DNA from: Puccinia triticina
Lineage: Eukaryota
Assembly: GCA_026914245.1 (NCBI GenBank)
Contig: CP110439.1
Location: forward strand, 4,960,001-5,024,000
Direction: 5' to 3'
Length of the DNA: 64,000 nucleotides
The notes under the pieces were generated by a model, which was not told the DNA's origin, made no database searches, and saw only the letters and a program-made list of their open reading frames with translations. Both the position numbers and the translations under genes were made by a program. The number at the start of each line of letters is the position of its first letter. Positions within the stretch are counted from its first letter, which is position 1. Positions 1-14,973 of the stretch are shown in pieces.

Positions 1-633
1 GCATTGCTTGGTGGTCAGTGGTGCCTATCAAATCATAAATTTGACTCTTTTGGAGACCTTAAGTTAAAATCACAATAGTTTTCAATTAACTGGAAGCATT
101 GAGGTGTACTATTGCAAGTTTGAGTGTAGACCCATTTTTTTTTTAAAAAAAAAACTGGGGGACATTTTGTCAAACTTTCAGTCTCTTGCAGAAAAAGTTT
201 GTTCCATGGGCGCCCCAATAACTTTAGGAATGCGCAGGTGACAGTACACCCAACGTGACCCCAGAAATGGTCTCCAAATGGACCCGGCACCCCACATTCC
301 TCTCTGGGTTTCCCTCTTAAGACTCATTGGCCTCAAATCAACGGAATGTCACATCGGTGATCTGTTGTATGAGCTTTCTTTTTCTGATTTCTCGAACGGT
401 GATACTCCTTATTTGGTCTGCTTTTGGTCGCAAGAAGTGCGGTTTCTGCTCTCGTTCCATTCCAACAAACATACAATGCCACCTAATTCACAAGAGGGAT
501 ATCAGCAAGAGGCGGAGAAGGGTTTTAACGTTGTGTACATCTGATATTGATTGATATCAAGGTTGTCATTATGGTCAAGTTCGTAGTAGAAAATCAAACA
601 GGCCGAAGACGATAACCTATCCTTTTAAGAAAA

Positions 634-2784
<2,151 letters not shown>

Positions 2785-3003
2785 TTCTTGTCTTCCAACG
2801 ATGTATAGTGAGTGTATGTATGCCGAGTGAAGTTTTGGCGGTAAGCCCTCGCGGGGGGCGCCTCTCGGGGGGCGCGGGGCCGTCCAGAAAGTCATATTGA
2901 ATAAACCTTGCTGGACTTTATGCAAAACACATCGATCGGTCTTGGCCAGTTTACCACACGGGGTTGCCTGTTGACCATCTCACCAACACCACATCAATGC
3001 ATC
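2785..3003. promoter_or_regulatory. Short bidirectional promoter between RVB2 and PEX10
   Basis: About 220 bp between divergent ATGs, with a GC-rich duplicated motif (CTCGCGGGGGGCGC / CTCTCGGGGGGCGC) near 2846-2880. Confidence 0.6.
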
Positions 3004-4785
3004 ATGTCCGACCGAGGGCCCTCATCAGCAGAGCCCATCCAATCAGGCTCATCGACTCCGCCAGGCAGCCCTTCGCCATCGCTCTCAACCGACGAACACT
3101 CGAAACTCTTGAAGATCTGGTCCCGGAATTTACGCTTCCCGGCGGCTGCCCAGCCCGAAATTAGTTGAGCCATCAACATCTGTCGCAGATATCACAGCCA
3201 GACCAATTGACACGTTGGATGGCTGAGCTTTACTCTCTTTCGTATCAGTCAGAGCGGATCAGAAGGATGCCTATTTTATCGACTCCCTGCAAGATCAGAT
3301 TGAACCTTTAGTGAGGGCTATGAAAGGTAAACACCTGGTGTATTACTACTGTCATTGTTGATGCTTAAACCTATTTATTCCCTCTGCGTGTAAGGTTCTC
3401 GATGGGTCAATAACAATTCGGCAAAACTACAGGAAGCTAGCAAATTAATTTACTTATCATTGATCACCTTACCAGGTCCGTTCATCAAAAAAAAAACGCA
3501 ATCTGAAATATCTCCGCCTTTATACCTATTTTGCTATGCATCATTCAATTTTAATTCTCCTTCCTCTCCACCTCTTAACACCACTCAGGTTCTCAAACTC
3601 TAGGAGAGGAGTATTGCGATATTGTTCAATTTGATGCATTCACCAACACCCTTCCTCCCCTATACGTAAGTTGCGAGCTCATCATCATCTCACTGTACCC
3701 AAACAAAAGCTATATATTCCGAGGCACTGACTGGTTTTCGGTCTGTTATTAATACGACAAGCGCAGAGTGATTTTGATCTTTGTTGAAGTGTTTTCTGCG
3801 AGGTTGTTAGCCAAACTCTACGATCGTATCCGACAATACATAGCAAGATCGAATGATCGGTACTCCACAAGCAATGAAGATCATGCCTCAGAACCCTCTC
3901 AAAGCGAATCAAGGTTCGAATCAGCCAAGAAGCAGTTGTGCTTATTACTAGGTTATCTTCCCAACAGTCTCGATCGGTCCACCCTCGATTCTTGCAACGC
4001 TTTGCACCTCTCCATCTTTTATTTGACCGGAAAATATTTTACGTGGACCAAGCGATTGAGTGGGATTACTTATGTGGGTTTGATCAACGAAGAATTGAAG
4101 CTGGAGCTTTTGTATTTGTGCTTACACGGCCTTACTTTGCTTTCCCAATTGCAGATCTCCGACCGACTGAGACCATTGAGACCAGATGGACTTGGTCGAG
4201 AGTCACCGCCATCGTACGAGGTCTTGGGGGTGCTCATGATGATCCAAGTAGCCGTTAAGGTCTTGGAAACGCACCGACAAGTCAGGCGGAGACGTGAGCT
4301 GTTACGACTAGCTTCAGAACCGGCACCAGTTCTCGCTGAAAAAGAGAGCGACCCCAAGAAATCAAAACGAGTGCTCACGGTTGATGGACGCTTGATTGAC
4401 GAGATCATGATCGAACCTGAAGAAGAGGACGATGATGGCTTGGGCGAAGAGCCTGAGAAGGAGAAGCTAGAGGAACAAGATATCGTAGAAGATTGTCCGG
4501 AGGGTGTCTTGATTGATGATCTATCTGACCAAGTCACCACCCGACGATGTACGCTGTGCTTGGGGCCTCGAAAAGAACAAACCAGTTTGGAGTGTGGTCA
4601 TGTATTTTGTTGGAGATGTCTTGTCAGTTGGGTAAAAGAAAAAGTAAGCCCTTCTCCTTTTTTACATCTTGCAAATGCATCCGGCTTATCGCTTTTGTTT
4701 TACTTCTCTGTAACTGTAGCCCGAATGTCCTCTCTGTCGCCATTCCGTCTATATGGCCGAACTGCTCCCTTTGTATAACTTCTGA
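3004..4785 (+). CDS. PEX10: Peroxin 10, peroxisomal RING E3 ligase, multi-exon
   Basis: Spliced FPAAAQPEIIRADQKD, QTLGEEYCDI, LHLSIFYLTGKY and a C3HC4 RING CTLCL..ECGHVFCWRC..PECPLCR; stop TGA at 4783-4785. Confidence 0.95.
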
Positions 4786-4944
4786 TCCCAGGTCCGCTAC
4801 CGCGCCTTGGTGACAAACACCAAGAAACGTCAAATCTTTACAAGTGGGAAATCTGAAGAATGTGTACCTGTAGCCTATCTTGTTCTATTTATCTGAAAAG
4901 TGTCTATGAAAGAGAGTTGCAACCTTGTCATGTCAGCACATTGA

Positions 4945-5063
4945 AAGGCCTTTATGAACAACTTTTCAAAACAAGTTAAGAGTTGTTCTGATTGCCAAGG
5001 AAAACCCAAATGTGGACACTGGACAGCTTAACAATTTTTTGAAAAGTTATTCATAAAGGCCTT
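4945..5063. mobile_element. Truncated palindromic MITE related to the 27967-28165 element
   Basis: Inverted arms AAGGCCTTTATGAA / TTCATAAAGGCCTT; the right flank to about 5110 resembles the right end of the 27967-28165 MITE. Confidence 0.6.
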
Positions 5064-5120
5064 AAAATTGGCTCTAAAGTTTTTCTAAATTTCTATTATG
5101 AACCACCCTATTACACTTTG

Positions 5121-5272
5121 GGCCCTGTTTGGATGCCCTGTTATTGATAAATGAGCAAAGTTATCACATGCAACACAAATTTCACCCCCTGTCTTCACCA
5201 AATTTTATGAACCCCTGGGGGTCATATGTGAACACACATTTATCATTTATAATGCGGCATCCAAACGGGGCC
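5121..5272. mobile_element. Tourist-like (PIF/Harbinger) MITE
   Basis: TIRs GGCCCTGTTTGGATGCC / GGCATCCAAACGGGGCC; flanks TTG / TTA; same TIR class as the copies at 32651, 53110 and 58598. Confidence 0.75.
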
Positions 5273-5422
5273 TTAGTTTTCACTAATCTTACAATAATTT
5301 TATCAAGGCAGTGGAATGAAACATGCCATAATTTGAGTTTTTTTTGTTGATAAAAGCTGTAAATTGGGCTTGGCAATGTTCCATTTATGGTCTTCAAAGT
5401 TGAAATTCATTCATGCATAATA

Positions 5423-5602
5423 GGCCGGTTCATGTTGGGCTTTGACTAGCAAGATTTCAATTACAATCATGCACATTTAATGTCAGCTCTTGCTGAAAGG
5501 CAGACTTCCACAGCCATTTTTAAGCTTTTTAAGCTTACTTTTTTATCAATCAGCACCACCAATTTTAGTCAGGGGCATAAAATGCCCCAATGTGAACCGG
5601 GC
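5423..5602. mobile_element. Degenerate MITE
   Basis: Imperfect TIRs GGCCGGTTCATGTTGGG / CCCAATGTGAACCGGGC. Confidence 0.5.
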
Positions 5603-7031
5603 TAATGTGTAAATCATAAATTCATAAAACATCGTTTGCAGAGAGATCTCACCAATCTGCTTATGTAATCTTTGGCTTGCTTAGAGGACCCTGGCAAGCC
5701 CTAAGATAGGGGGGTGTTGACAAAGTCTGAATTTTGGCAAAATTCACACCCAGGGACTGTTTTTTTGGCAAATACATACCTTTTAAAGAGTATGCTTGCC
5801 CTAAAGTCCCTTAAAAAGGTGGGATCCCCAAGGCAATAATGGGGCCAAGCCTGAACCATAGATTTCATCAGTGTTGATCCATTTTGCATGCCCAAAAAGG
5901 GCTATTTCAAGAGTACCTTTGGGCAAAATTCTTCAGTTCATACCTCTTTTGAGAGTATGATATTGGGCTTGTTGCCCATTTAACTTGCATTTTTCAACAC
6001 CCTGCTATATGCTGGCTTGCAGGGGTCCTTTTCCTAGCCAACAAAGCTTTATGAATTTATGATTTACACATTTAGGCATGCATGAATTTCATCTTTGAAG
6101 ACCATAATTGGCCATCCTGCACTGATATCCTCAAGTTTTGAATGTAATCAAAAGAAGAAGACATATTACAGATTTCAAGATGTTAATGTTGAAAAAATAT
6201 TGGAGACATACCTGTAGAGTACTCTACCACTGGTGGTGCTGTGGGAGAACTCAATATTATATTGGTTGCCCCTTGTCAGCCTTACCACAGGGGGTTGCAA
6301 TCAATTCAGCCCCTTTTGAAGTGTTAACACCATCATCAATCCTCCCCAATTAGGAAAGACCTCCTTACCCTTCAAATATGGTCTGTTATCCACCAAAAAC
6401 CCTCTGTTACACTAAGAATCTGAATAGTGCACTTGTTGTGATAAACTAGGACTGGAGCAGCATAGCAAGGCAAGTGAGTGTGTTGGAAAGGATTATTTTG
6501 ATTGCAAAATAAAGAAGGAAAAGACAAGGAAGTAAACTACCTGGAGCAGCAGAGTGAGCTGAGTGAGTGTGTTGGAAAGGATGGGGAAAAGGGCCTTTCC
6601 AATAGCTGCTCCTCCAGGTTAAATAGAGATATGAGATCAACTACAAGAGGTCACAATGTGTGATATGTATGTTAAAAGACAACAAAGAGCAACTGCAACA
6701 GCACCATGTACCATTGGCCAGAACTAGAGATGGCATATGGCACCCGGGTACCCATGGCGGGTGCGGGTACCCCCCTGTGTTTTTACCAATTCCTCACACC
6801 CACACCCGCACCCGGCACCCGCCATGGGAGGTACCCGGGTGCACAGGGGGAGGTACCCGGGTGTCAGATGCAGGTACCCGGGCTTACCAGCAGTAGATTC
6901 AATTTTTATCATGCCTGATCTGAATTTTGCAATACCTGGGTTTCAGGCACGAGTACCCGGGCTTACAAGCAGTAGATTCAGTACTAATGTTTCTACATTC
7001 ATTTAAAAATAATAAATCTAATCCAAGTCAA

Positions 7032-10000
7032 TCATTCTACGATTAATTCTTGGATATCCTTCTCCTTTCCTTTTTTCTTTTCTTCTTGCTTCCATCGACG
7101 CAAAACTCCCCTTTTGATTAGACCGTTTTTTGAGTAGAACACCACAGCCATCCCTGTAGTGACAGATGAAGCGCTGAGTTGGTGCCTTCTGACGGACAGA
7201 TAATCCCTTCTGAAGCTAAAAGATCTTTCAACATCCACAGTGGTTGCTGTTATTGATTGATTATGATGGCAGTTTAATTTAGTTAGTACCAAGTTACGTG
7301 TGAAAATGGAAAAATTAAAAATCTTACCTGGACAGCTGAGCACGTCCAGTGCCATTTGAATGAGACCGCCGTGAGTGTTTCCACAGCGCCCTTGTGCAAT
7401 CCACCATTGAAGGGGGTTGACTGGAAGTCCTCCCAAATCAAGATGCAAACCTCAAGCCAACCACATGCTGAGCGCGTCAGTTGAGATCTGCCCCGATCGC
7501 GCTTCAGACGCACCACTCAGCTTGGCAAGCACACATGTCTGAGGCCGCTGTGCAGGGTGGAAGAATTAAGCTTGAATCAATTAGACACAAATCCCAGGAG
7601 AAGATAGCAACTACTCACCTTTGGAGGAGCATTGGGCTCTGGAGACATTGTTTCTTGAGTTCCACTTTTGTATTGAGTTTCCCACATCTAACGAGTAAGT
7701 TGGATTGCTTCGGAAATCCATTCTGGCTCCCACTGAGCAAGTTTGAAATATTCATCCTTGAACGACGGATGAAGAACTAAAAAAACATTATGCAATCAGA
7801 TCCAAAAGACCACGAGCAAATTTTGATAAAGAGATAGCAAGAAATACAAACTCATAGCAACTCGGTAAAGCGGAGAGCAGTCTGTAAGAGTGTAGTACTT
7901 ATTAGTCAACTGAATGCCCGCCCGGCAGGCGTTCCTTAAAGCAGCAGGGTATCTGTTGTTAGTGTTGGAGATCACAGTTGAAAGATGAGTCGTGATTTGA
8001 TCAATGAAAACAACCACTTTGGTTATTCGAGCACCACCCCAAGTCAAAACCTGGAGGGTGATTTCGTAAAAAGGCTGAAGGACCTCAACGAGATCTTTGG
8101 CCAAGTATAGATTGTTCTGGGTGATTAAATTTTCTTGTTGAAGCCCATGTTGCTTATCTTTCTGCCACTCAAGACTTTAGGCAGGGTTTTAGTTCTCCAT
8201 GTTGGTGTCTTGAATAGCAAAGAGAAACTCACATTCTGCCTGAACATTGCAGGATACTGTTCAACTGCATTAAAGTTGAATTCCACCGAGTCTTCACATC
8301 GCGCTCAACATTGTGGGGCTTGAGGCAGTTTTTCTCCTGACACAAATTCACAAAAAGCACCTTTGAATTAGGTGACTTGTTGAGTTTTTGGGCGATTGCT
8401 CGGAACTACAACACAATTTTTTCATGTAAGTTAACAATCATGTGTTGCCCAGCTAAGAATGAAATGAATAAAGGCATACCTTTTCAAGAGTTTTCTTGCA
8501 TGATTCAGAAGTATAACAGTCATCATCATCTTCATCACTGAAACCAATCACATCAGTAGTCTCCAATTCTATATTGTCATCATTGATCAGCTCGCATGCA
8601 AGGGTTCTATCCTGCCCTGACTGGTTGTGATTGTTTTTGGGGTCTTCATCTTTGTCTTCTGAACCAAAATTGTTTTCTTTGTTTAGCCTATGTGCAATGT
8701 TATCACCATCAGAAAAAAAAGACACCAGAAAGAAGACGAGAAGCATAAGAATCACTAGCAAGGAGACACAAAACATACCCCAGAATTTGCTTGTCTGGAT
8801 GTTCAAACTCATTGTCATTGGAGTTTTCTCCATCATCCAAGTAGCTGTTAGTATTCTTTTTCTTGTGGCTTCCAAATGGACGCATTATAACCTGTGCAAT
8901 CAAGTTCAAGATGTGTGCAAAACATCAAACCCAATGCATGTTGCCTTTGAATCGAGGCCACTTGAATTTCTTGATCTCATTGATTATGGTCTTGTTGTTG
9001 GAAGCATTGTCTGTGACGATACCACAGATCTGTGACCAAAATGCAAAACAAGATGAATACATTGAAAGGTGATTCGGAAGTTTGAGAGTGGTTACCTGGT
9101 TCTGAATCCCAAATTTCTCAACAATAACCCGTACCGTGTTGGCTAGATACACACCTGTGTGTCGTTTTTTTAACATCACAAAGTCCAGAGGCATGGCCTC
9201 CAATTCAAAACCACCGGTACCATCCTCAACCAAGCAATATATCACCGTTCCAAGAACATCATACCCGTTTGGTGACTGCCAAGCATTGAGTCCTAGATAC
9301 ATTGCTCCCTTGTGTTTCTAGTGGGGAAAAATCCGGTCATAAGCAAAATTACAATAAAATCAACAAGTGAAAAAGGATTCAAGGAATCTCACCGCGAGGG
9401 ATTTGATGAGGGTATCTTGGACTGCAGAATATAAGTGGCTGATGTTGGATGAAACAGCCCTTCAATTAGGTAGGTTCTTCAAGACCTCCGGGTGCAAAAG
9501 AGATCTGTGCGCCTGTTGCCCAAGAGCCAAAAAAGGCTGAGCACCCTCCGCGCACCATATCACACAAAGCTGGGGCACCTTTGGTAATCCAAAAAGTAAA
9601 TCAGTGGATCTCCTTACTAATTCAGAGGGAGATAAGGGTCATGTAGTCGGACTCACCTCCCGCAGATCAATGTCTCCAGTGCCCAAAACCCCCAGGGAGG
9701 CCAATTTTTGATTTCTTTGACTTCTTGTCGTTTCTTGAGGCAAGCCGCAATGTGCTTGGAAAGTTTGGTTGGCGATGTGCCGTATGTGGGGCGGTGAATT
9801 TTAGCCCCACAGCTATCATGTTGGAAATAGTGAGTGTGTCAGTAGATATAATTGAAAAAAATCCGTTGAGAGAGAGAAAAATAACTCACATTTTACCAGG
9901 GTACACTATCATCTTTTGGCCGTTTTTGTCTAACTGTTCCGATAGCTCTGGGCGGTTGTAAGAGGCATAACACAAGCTGACTTGATTTCAATGCACTTTG

Positions 10001-10296
10001 AGTGCCCTTTCTGTAATGAAGAACGTTAGGTTAATCTTTTAATTTTTTTTCAGTTGACTGATGATAAGTATTATGTTTTCTAGAGACTTACTCAGCTCTT
10101 GTTCATCCAAAAGCCCCTGAGACATTGGAGCATTGGATCCTTGCTGTTCATCATCAGAATTGTCAACAACCACGGTTGTACTGGGTCGCTTTGCCTGGCG
10201 GGCTCGGTCTTGAGATTTAGCAACTCTATCGGAATCCAAGGTTTCAGGTGCTTGTGATTCCGATTGCTTGCGACGTTTCTTGCTGTTTGCTGCCAT
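7032..10296 (-). pseudogene. Degenerate intron-containing hAT transposase (outer element)
   Basis: NAWQSPN (catalytic D appears as N), VTDNASNN, TNKYY, hATC-type ATTVDVERSFS; disrupted frames. Confidence 0.85.
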
Positions 10297-10444
10297 GGTG
10301 GATGGGGATAGGGATAGGGTATTCGTGGTACATAGGGGCCTCCAGCGCCGAGTCCTGTCGGAATCGGAGATCCAGACCGTGGGACCCATCCACCCATCAC
10401 AGCGCTGGGAAAGGGGGCGGGTACCCGTCCAGGTACCCGCCCGC

Positions 10445-13400
10445 TAAAGATGGCAATTGGGACCCGGGTACCCGCCACGAGTACCCGTACCGCCGACCTT
10501 TTTTGGCCAAAATAGATACCCGTACCCGTAATCGTACCTGTGGACGGGTGTCGGCGGTACTTTGGCGGTGTACCCGCGGGTATACCGCCTAGACTTGCCA
10601 CAAAAATAACTCAAATATATGTTTATTGCTCTCGTCTGATCACTTCTAATCCACAACTAATACTTTTTTTTTCCCTTGTCCTTCGAACTTCCCTTCTCCT
10701 TAGCATTTGACCTTTTCTCCTGCTGAATTTGAGCCTTCCATTTAGCCAGGAGGCCATCCTCAATCAATCCATTCCTCGAGTAGAAGGCCACCGTCATGCC
10801 CCTGCTCAATGATCGCGCTGAGAGCCGGTGCCTCTTTGCCGACACATAATCGCGGCCAAAACTGAAAGCCCTTTCAACATCAACCGATGTAGCTGACATA
10901 TCAGACCGTCAGTGCATGTATCAATGAAGGACACAAAGAAACCAACTCACCTGGACAACTCAAGATATCGAGTGCCATCTGCATGAGACCCCCATGAGTG
11001 TTTCCAGATCACTTTTGGTTCATCCACCACTTGAGTGGATTTACGGGTTCGTTGCCTTCCAATACTAGCCCGCCTGCGAGCCACACGTCCAATGCATCTG
11101 TTGAGCAGCGTCCACCTCGGGCAGCAGCAGCACTTCCAAGGCCAGCCAACATACCAGTCTTGGGCTGAGGGACACGAACTCAAGTGGATTAGCATGTAGA
11201 AAAAATTGTTCTATGAATAAATAGAAATCAAGTCTTACCTTGTTGTTAGATGATGATGAGGGGGTCATTGGGATGACTGCAGGCTTGTAAAAAGATACCC
11301 ACATCTCCCGGGTTAGCCGTATCGCTTCGACGATCCACTCGGGTTCCCAATTTGCTAACTTGAAGTATTCATCCCTAAAAGATGGGTGGAGGACTGAATC
11401 ATGTGTGTTAGTGACAAGGAAGTGATATTTATCAATATGAAAGCAAGAAATTAAACTTACCAATAGCTATCCTATAAAGAGGGGAAGTGTCAGTAAGGCT
11501 GTAGTATTTGTTGGTCACCTTTAACCCAAGCCAACAGGCATTCCTTAACGCCGGTGGATAAGCTGAACTGCTGATCACTGACGACAAATGCTCAGTGATT
11601 TGATCAATGAAGACAACAATATTTGATAATCAAGGTGAGGCAGAGACCGATATTTGAAGTGTGATCTCATTGAAGAGCTTCAGTACATCAACGAGATCGC
11701 GCGCCAAGTCGAAATCGGACTCGTCCAAGTAGTGCTTACGGTCGATTCCGTGCCACTTATGACGTTGCCACTCAACGCTTGAGTGAAGCAAAGAAAATAC
11801 ATATCAGCATAGGGATACAAGTAATAAAATCAGCTGAAATAAGAATGACTTACATGCCATCCTTGCATCTGATGATGCTGGAGAGTTGCGTATAGGTGGA
11901 ATTCCATCGCGTACAAACGTCTCTTCCAACCGTATGAGGGGTGGAACACTCCTTTTTGCTACATATTTCTTTGAACAAGTTCCTCGAGTTGGGGGAGTAC
12001 CTAAGTTTTTTAGCAATTGCACGGAACTGGTAGGGAGAAAGGCATCAGTCAGACTTGCTTGAAAGGAAATAAGCAGGAAGCTATCTTACTTTAGCCAAGC
12101 TTTGTTTACAGCCACTTGTGGTGTATCGATCCTCTTCGTCCTCGTCGCTAGCGTTATCAATATCATCCAGCTCAAGCATTGTAGAGTCCTCAACAAGTTG
12201 AGTATCATCCTCGCTTGCGGTAGATTCTCCATCTTCGGAAACAATATCTTTCTCAATGTCAAGACTTGAATGTGAAAAACAGGCCGGTCAGTCTCTTGAC
12301 ATGAAACAAATAAGATTCCCGTTTGGACTCACGGTATTATTTGGTCAGCTGCAATGTCGTTGTCGCTCTCTGAATCTGAATTGTCTGAATGATCCCAATC
12401 CAATGTAGTTTGGGTATTTGAAGTCCTTGCTCTCTTGTGATTTCCAAATGGTCGGAGGATACCTTGGACAATTAGATTGAGAACGTGCGCGAAACATCGT
12501 ATCCACTCGGACTCCCCTTTAAAACGAGCCCACTTCTGCTTCTTGAGCTCCCTTACCATAACTCCATTGTTGGCCGCGCTGTCGCTGACAATGCCACAGA
12601 TCTGGGTAAAAATGTAGTTGATGAGCTGGTTGAACAATAAGAAAAAGTTGAAGAAAGAGAACCAAGATCGAAGATACAATACCTTATGCTGAATACCAAA
12701 CTTCTGCACTACCAAGCTGACAGTCTCGGCTAAGTACTCACCGGTGTGCCAATGGGAGAGTCGAATGAAATCAAGAGGCATTGCCTCCAGCTTCAAGTCA
12801 TTGGATTCGAGCTCATGCAATCGGTAGATTACAATCCCGAGAATGTCAAAGCCGTTAGGTGACTGCCACGTGTCGGCTCCTAAGTACAACGCCCCTGTGT
12901 GTGACTAAATAACAAAAAGAAATTGTTATTTGGGTGATATGATCTGAGGAAATGAAATCACTTACTTCAAGAACAACCTTGTACTCTTGCTGGATAGCCG
13001 AGTATAGCATATGGATATCCCTCGAAACCGTCCTTCTGGTTGGTAAATGAGCAACAACGACTGGATGGAGGATGGCCCAATGGCTATCATCAGCAAGCGC
13101 CAAAAAGGGCCTTGCGGCCTCGGCGCACCAGGTTGCACACAATTGTGAAACCTAAATAAGAACAGAAAAAAAGATAAATATTAGCTGTGCAGCTTGTCGT
13201 TGAAAATTAGAAGGCTCACTTCTTTGGGATTGATATCCCCCGTCCCCTTGATTCCAACACTTGCAAGCGACCGGGTGGTTGATTTTTCGTTTTGTTTCCG
13301 AAGACAGTTTGCAGCGTGCTTGATCAAGTTGCTGCAAGAAGAGTCGCCGGTGGGGCGGTTGATCTTGGTTCCACATCTGGAGTTGGATTTAAGGGGATAT

Positions 13401-14112
13401 CAGGGAGGAGTTGGGATCAGTCATCAAAAAAAGAAAACGACTTACATTTTGCATGGATATGCAATCATTTGGCGGCCATGCTTGTCTACTTGATTAGATA
13501 GCTTGGGTGTCGAGTAAGATTTATAACTTGTGCTGATGGCGTTTGCAGCGATCTTCTGGGCCTTTTCTGAAATTCAAGTAAAAGGTAGGGTCAGAACGCA
13601 ATTTCTTGATTGATACAATAATATTTTATGATTACTCACCTAGCTCCTCCCGATCGGTCAGTGTAGTTCCTGGTGCAGGCTCTGCGGTAGCCGATTCGCT
13701 TTCGTCGGGCTCGGTGTCTTTTTGAGTAGATCAAGGATTTGGAGAGGAAGCAACCGACGATTCAATTGAGGTGTTTGGTTTTTTTCGCTTGCGGCCTGAC
13801 ATGGTGGTTGATTCCGGGTGGTTGGTTCCGGGTGAGATGCTGGATATTCAGATATCATGGCGGGCTTGGATATGAAGTACACGCCCCCCCCCCCCCCCCC
13901 CCCCCCTCCCCCTACGGGGGCGGGGAACGGCCGCCGGCGCGCGCCATGCGCAACAAAACTTTGGAGGGTACCCGGGTACGTACCCGCCAACCCAAGAAAA
14001 TCAGGGACACGTACCCGTACCCGGACACGCCAGGCGGTCCCAAACGGGTGTGGGCGGGTACCCTCCAATGGGTGGGGGGTACCCGCCCGCGGGTACCCGT
14101 TTGCCATCTTTA
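10445..14112 (-). mobile_element. hAT DNA transposon (inner element, nested in the outer element's subterminal region)
   Basis: TIR TAAAGATGGCAA (10445) / TTGCCATCTTTA (ends 14112); 8-bp TSD CCGCCCGC at 10437-10444 and 14113-14120. Confidence 0.93.
10657..13802 (-). pseudogene. hAT transposase (inner element), intron-containing, at least one in-frame stop
   Basis: DTWQSPN, VSDSAANN, RCFAHVLNL, DVCTRWNS, ATSVDVERAFS; in-frame TGA near 11630 (SASP*LSN). Confidence 0.87.
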
Positions 14113-14399
14113 CCGCCCGCCTCCCAACCAGAATTCTGGACACCCGCACCCGCACCTGGCACCCGCCAACGGGTACATGTGGAGCTAAACGGTTACCTGC
14201 CAACGGGTACCGGGTACCCGGCAACAAGTACCCCTTTGCCATCTCTAGCCAGAACCTGAAAGTGTAGCAGATATTTCTCCGCTACACTCAACACTTTCAG
14301 ATATTCATTGAAATCCAAAGGACTTTTTTTTTTTATGTCTAGTCTGAATTAACTTTGTCCTGTGATTGGCCAGAAGGGATGAGTAAGTTCTATGGATAT

Positions 14400-14928
14400 T
14401 GTTAGATTTTGTCTGTTGTCTCTTACGGTTTGTGGTTACGGTGCACTCTCTTACAGTTTACGGTCACGGTGCGCCTGGGACGATGCGGTGCGCAGCGAGT
14501 GCGATGACGTCAAGAGAGCCACGAGTGCTCATACTTCATTCCTAGAGCAGTTGACCGTCCTCCTCATCACGCTGTTGACCGTCCATCAATTTTTCCTTCC
14601 TCATCTTTACCACCACTCCTCAAACCCGCGACCATTCAACTTCATCCTTTGTTGTGTCCGCGGTTTACTCGTCGAGGTCCTCAGTCTAGGCCAGCTGTTT
14701 ACAGGTTCTTATTCTTTTACTTCTTCTTCTTTCTGACCGTAGTTTTCCAGATTTCTGATCACTCTTATTTTATCATTAGCTTGAAAGTCCTAGTGTGTAT
14801 TTTTGGTTCTGGTATCTATTGTTCTCATTCTCAATCTTAGTTCCTGTTCTATTAGGTAAAACTATTTCTATTGTATTTCTTTATTTTCTTTTTACTGAAA
14901 TCAATGTTTTATTAGCCAAATCTTCTCA
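14400..14928 (+). repeat. 5' LTR of copia element
   Basis: Direct repeat of 19411-19939 with about a dozen substitutions by manual count, mostly transitions. Confidence 0.95.
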
Positions 14929-14973
14929 CATTATCAGTACGGTAGCTCCGAAGAACAGGAATGAACCACAAAA

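Larger units (their letters stand above)
6725..14247 (-). mobile_element. hAT DNA transposon (outer element)
   Basis: TIR TAGAGATGGCA (6725) / TGCCATCTCTA (ends 14247); 8-bp TSD GCCAGAAC at 6717-6724 and 14248-14255; GGTACCCG-rich subterminal repeats. Confidence 0.93.

Noticed and set aside
13658..14267. Overlapping Pro/Gly/Arg-rich ORFs (also 6660-7006 and 10092-10656)
   Set aside because: Artefacts of GC-rich GGTACCCG subterminal repeats of the hAT elements.
6405..14293. Possible solo LTR hosting the outer hAT (ends CAACA at 14293)
   Set aside because: No matching TSD or clear TG start could be identified.
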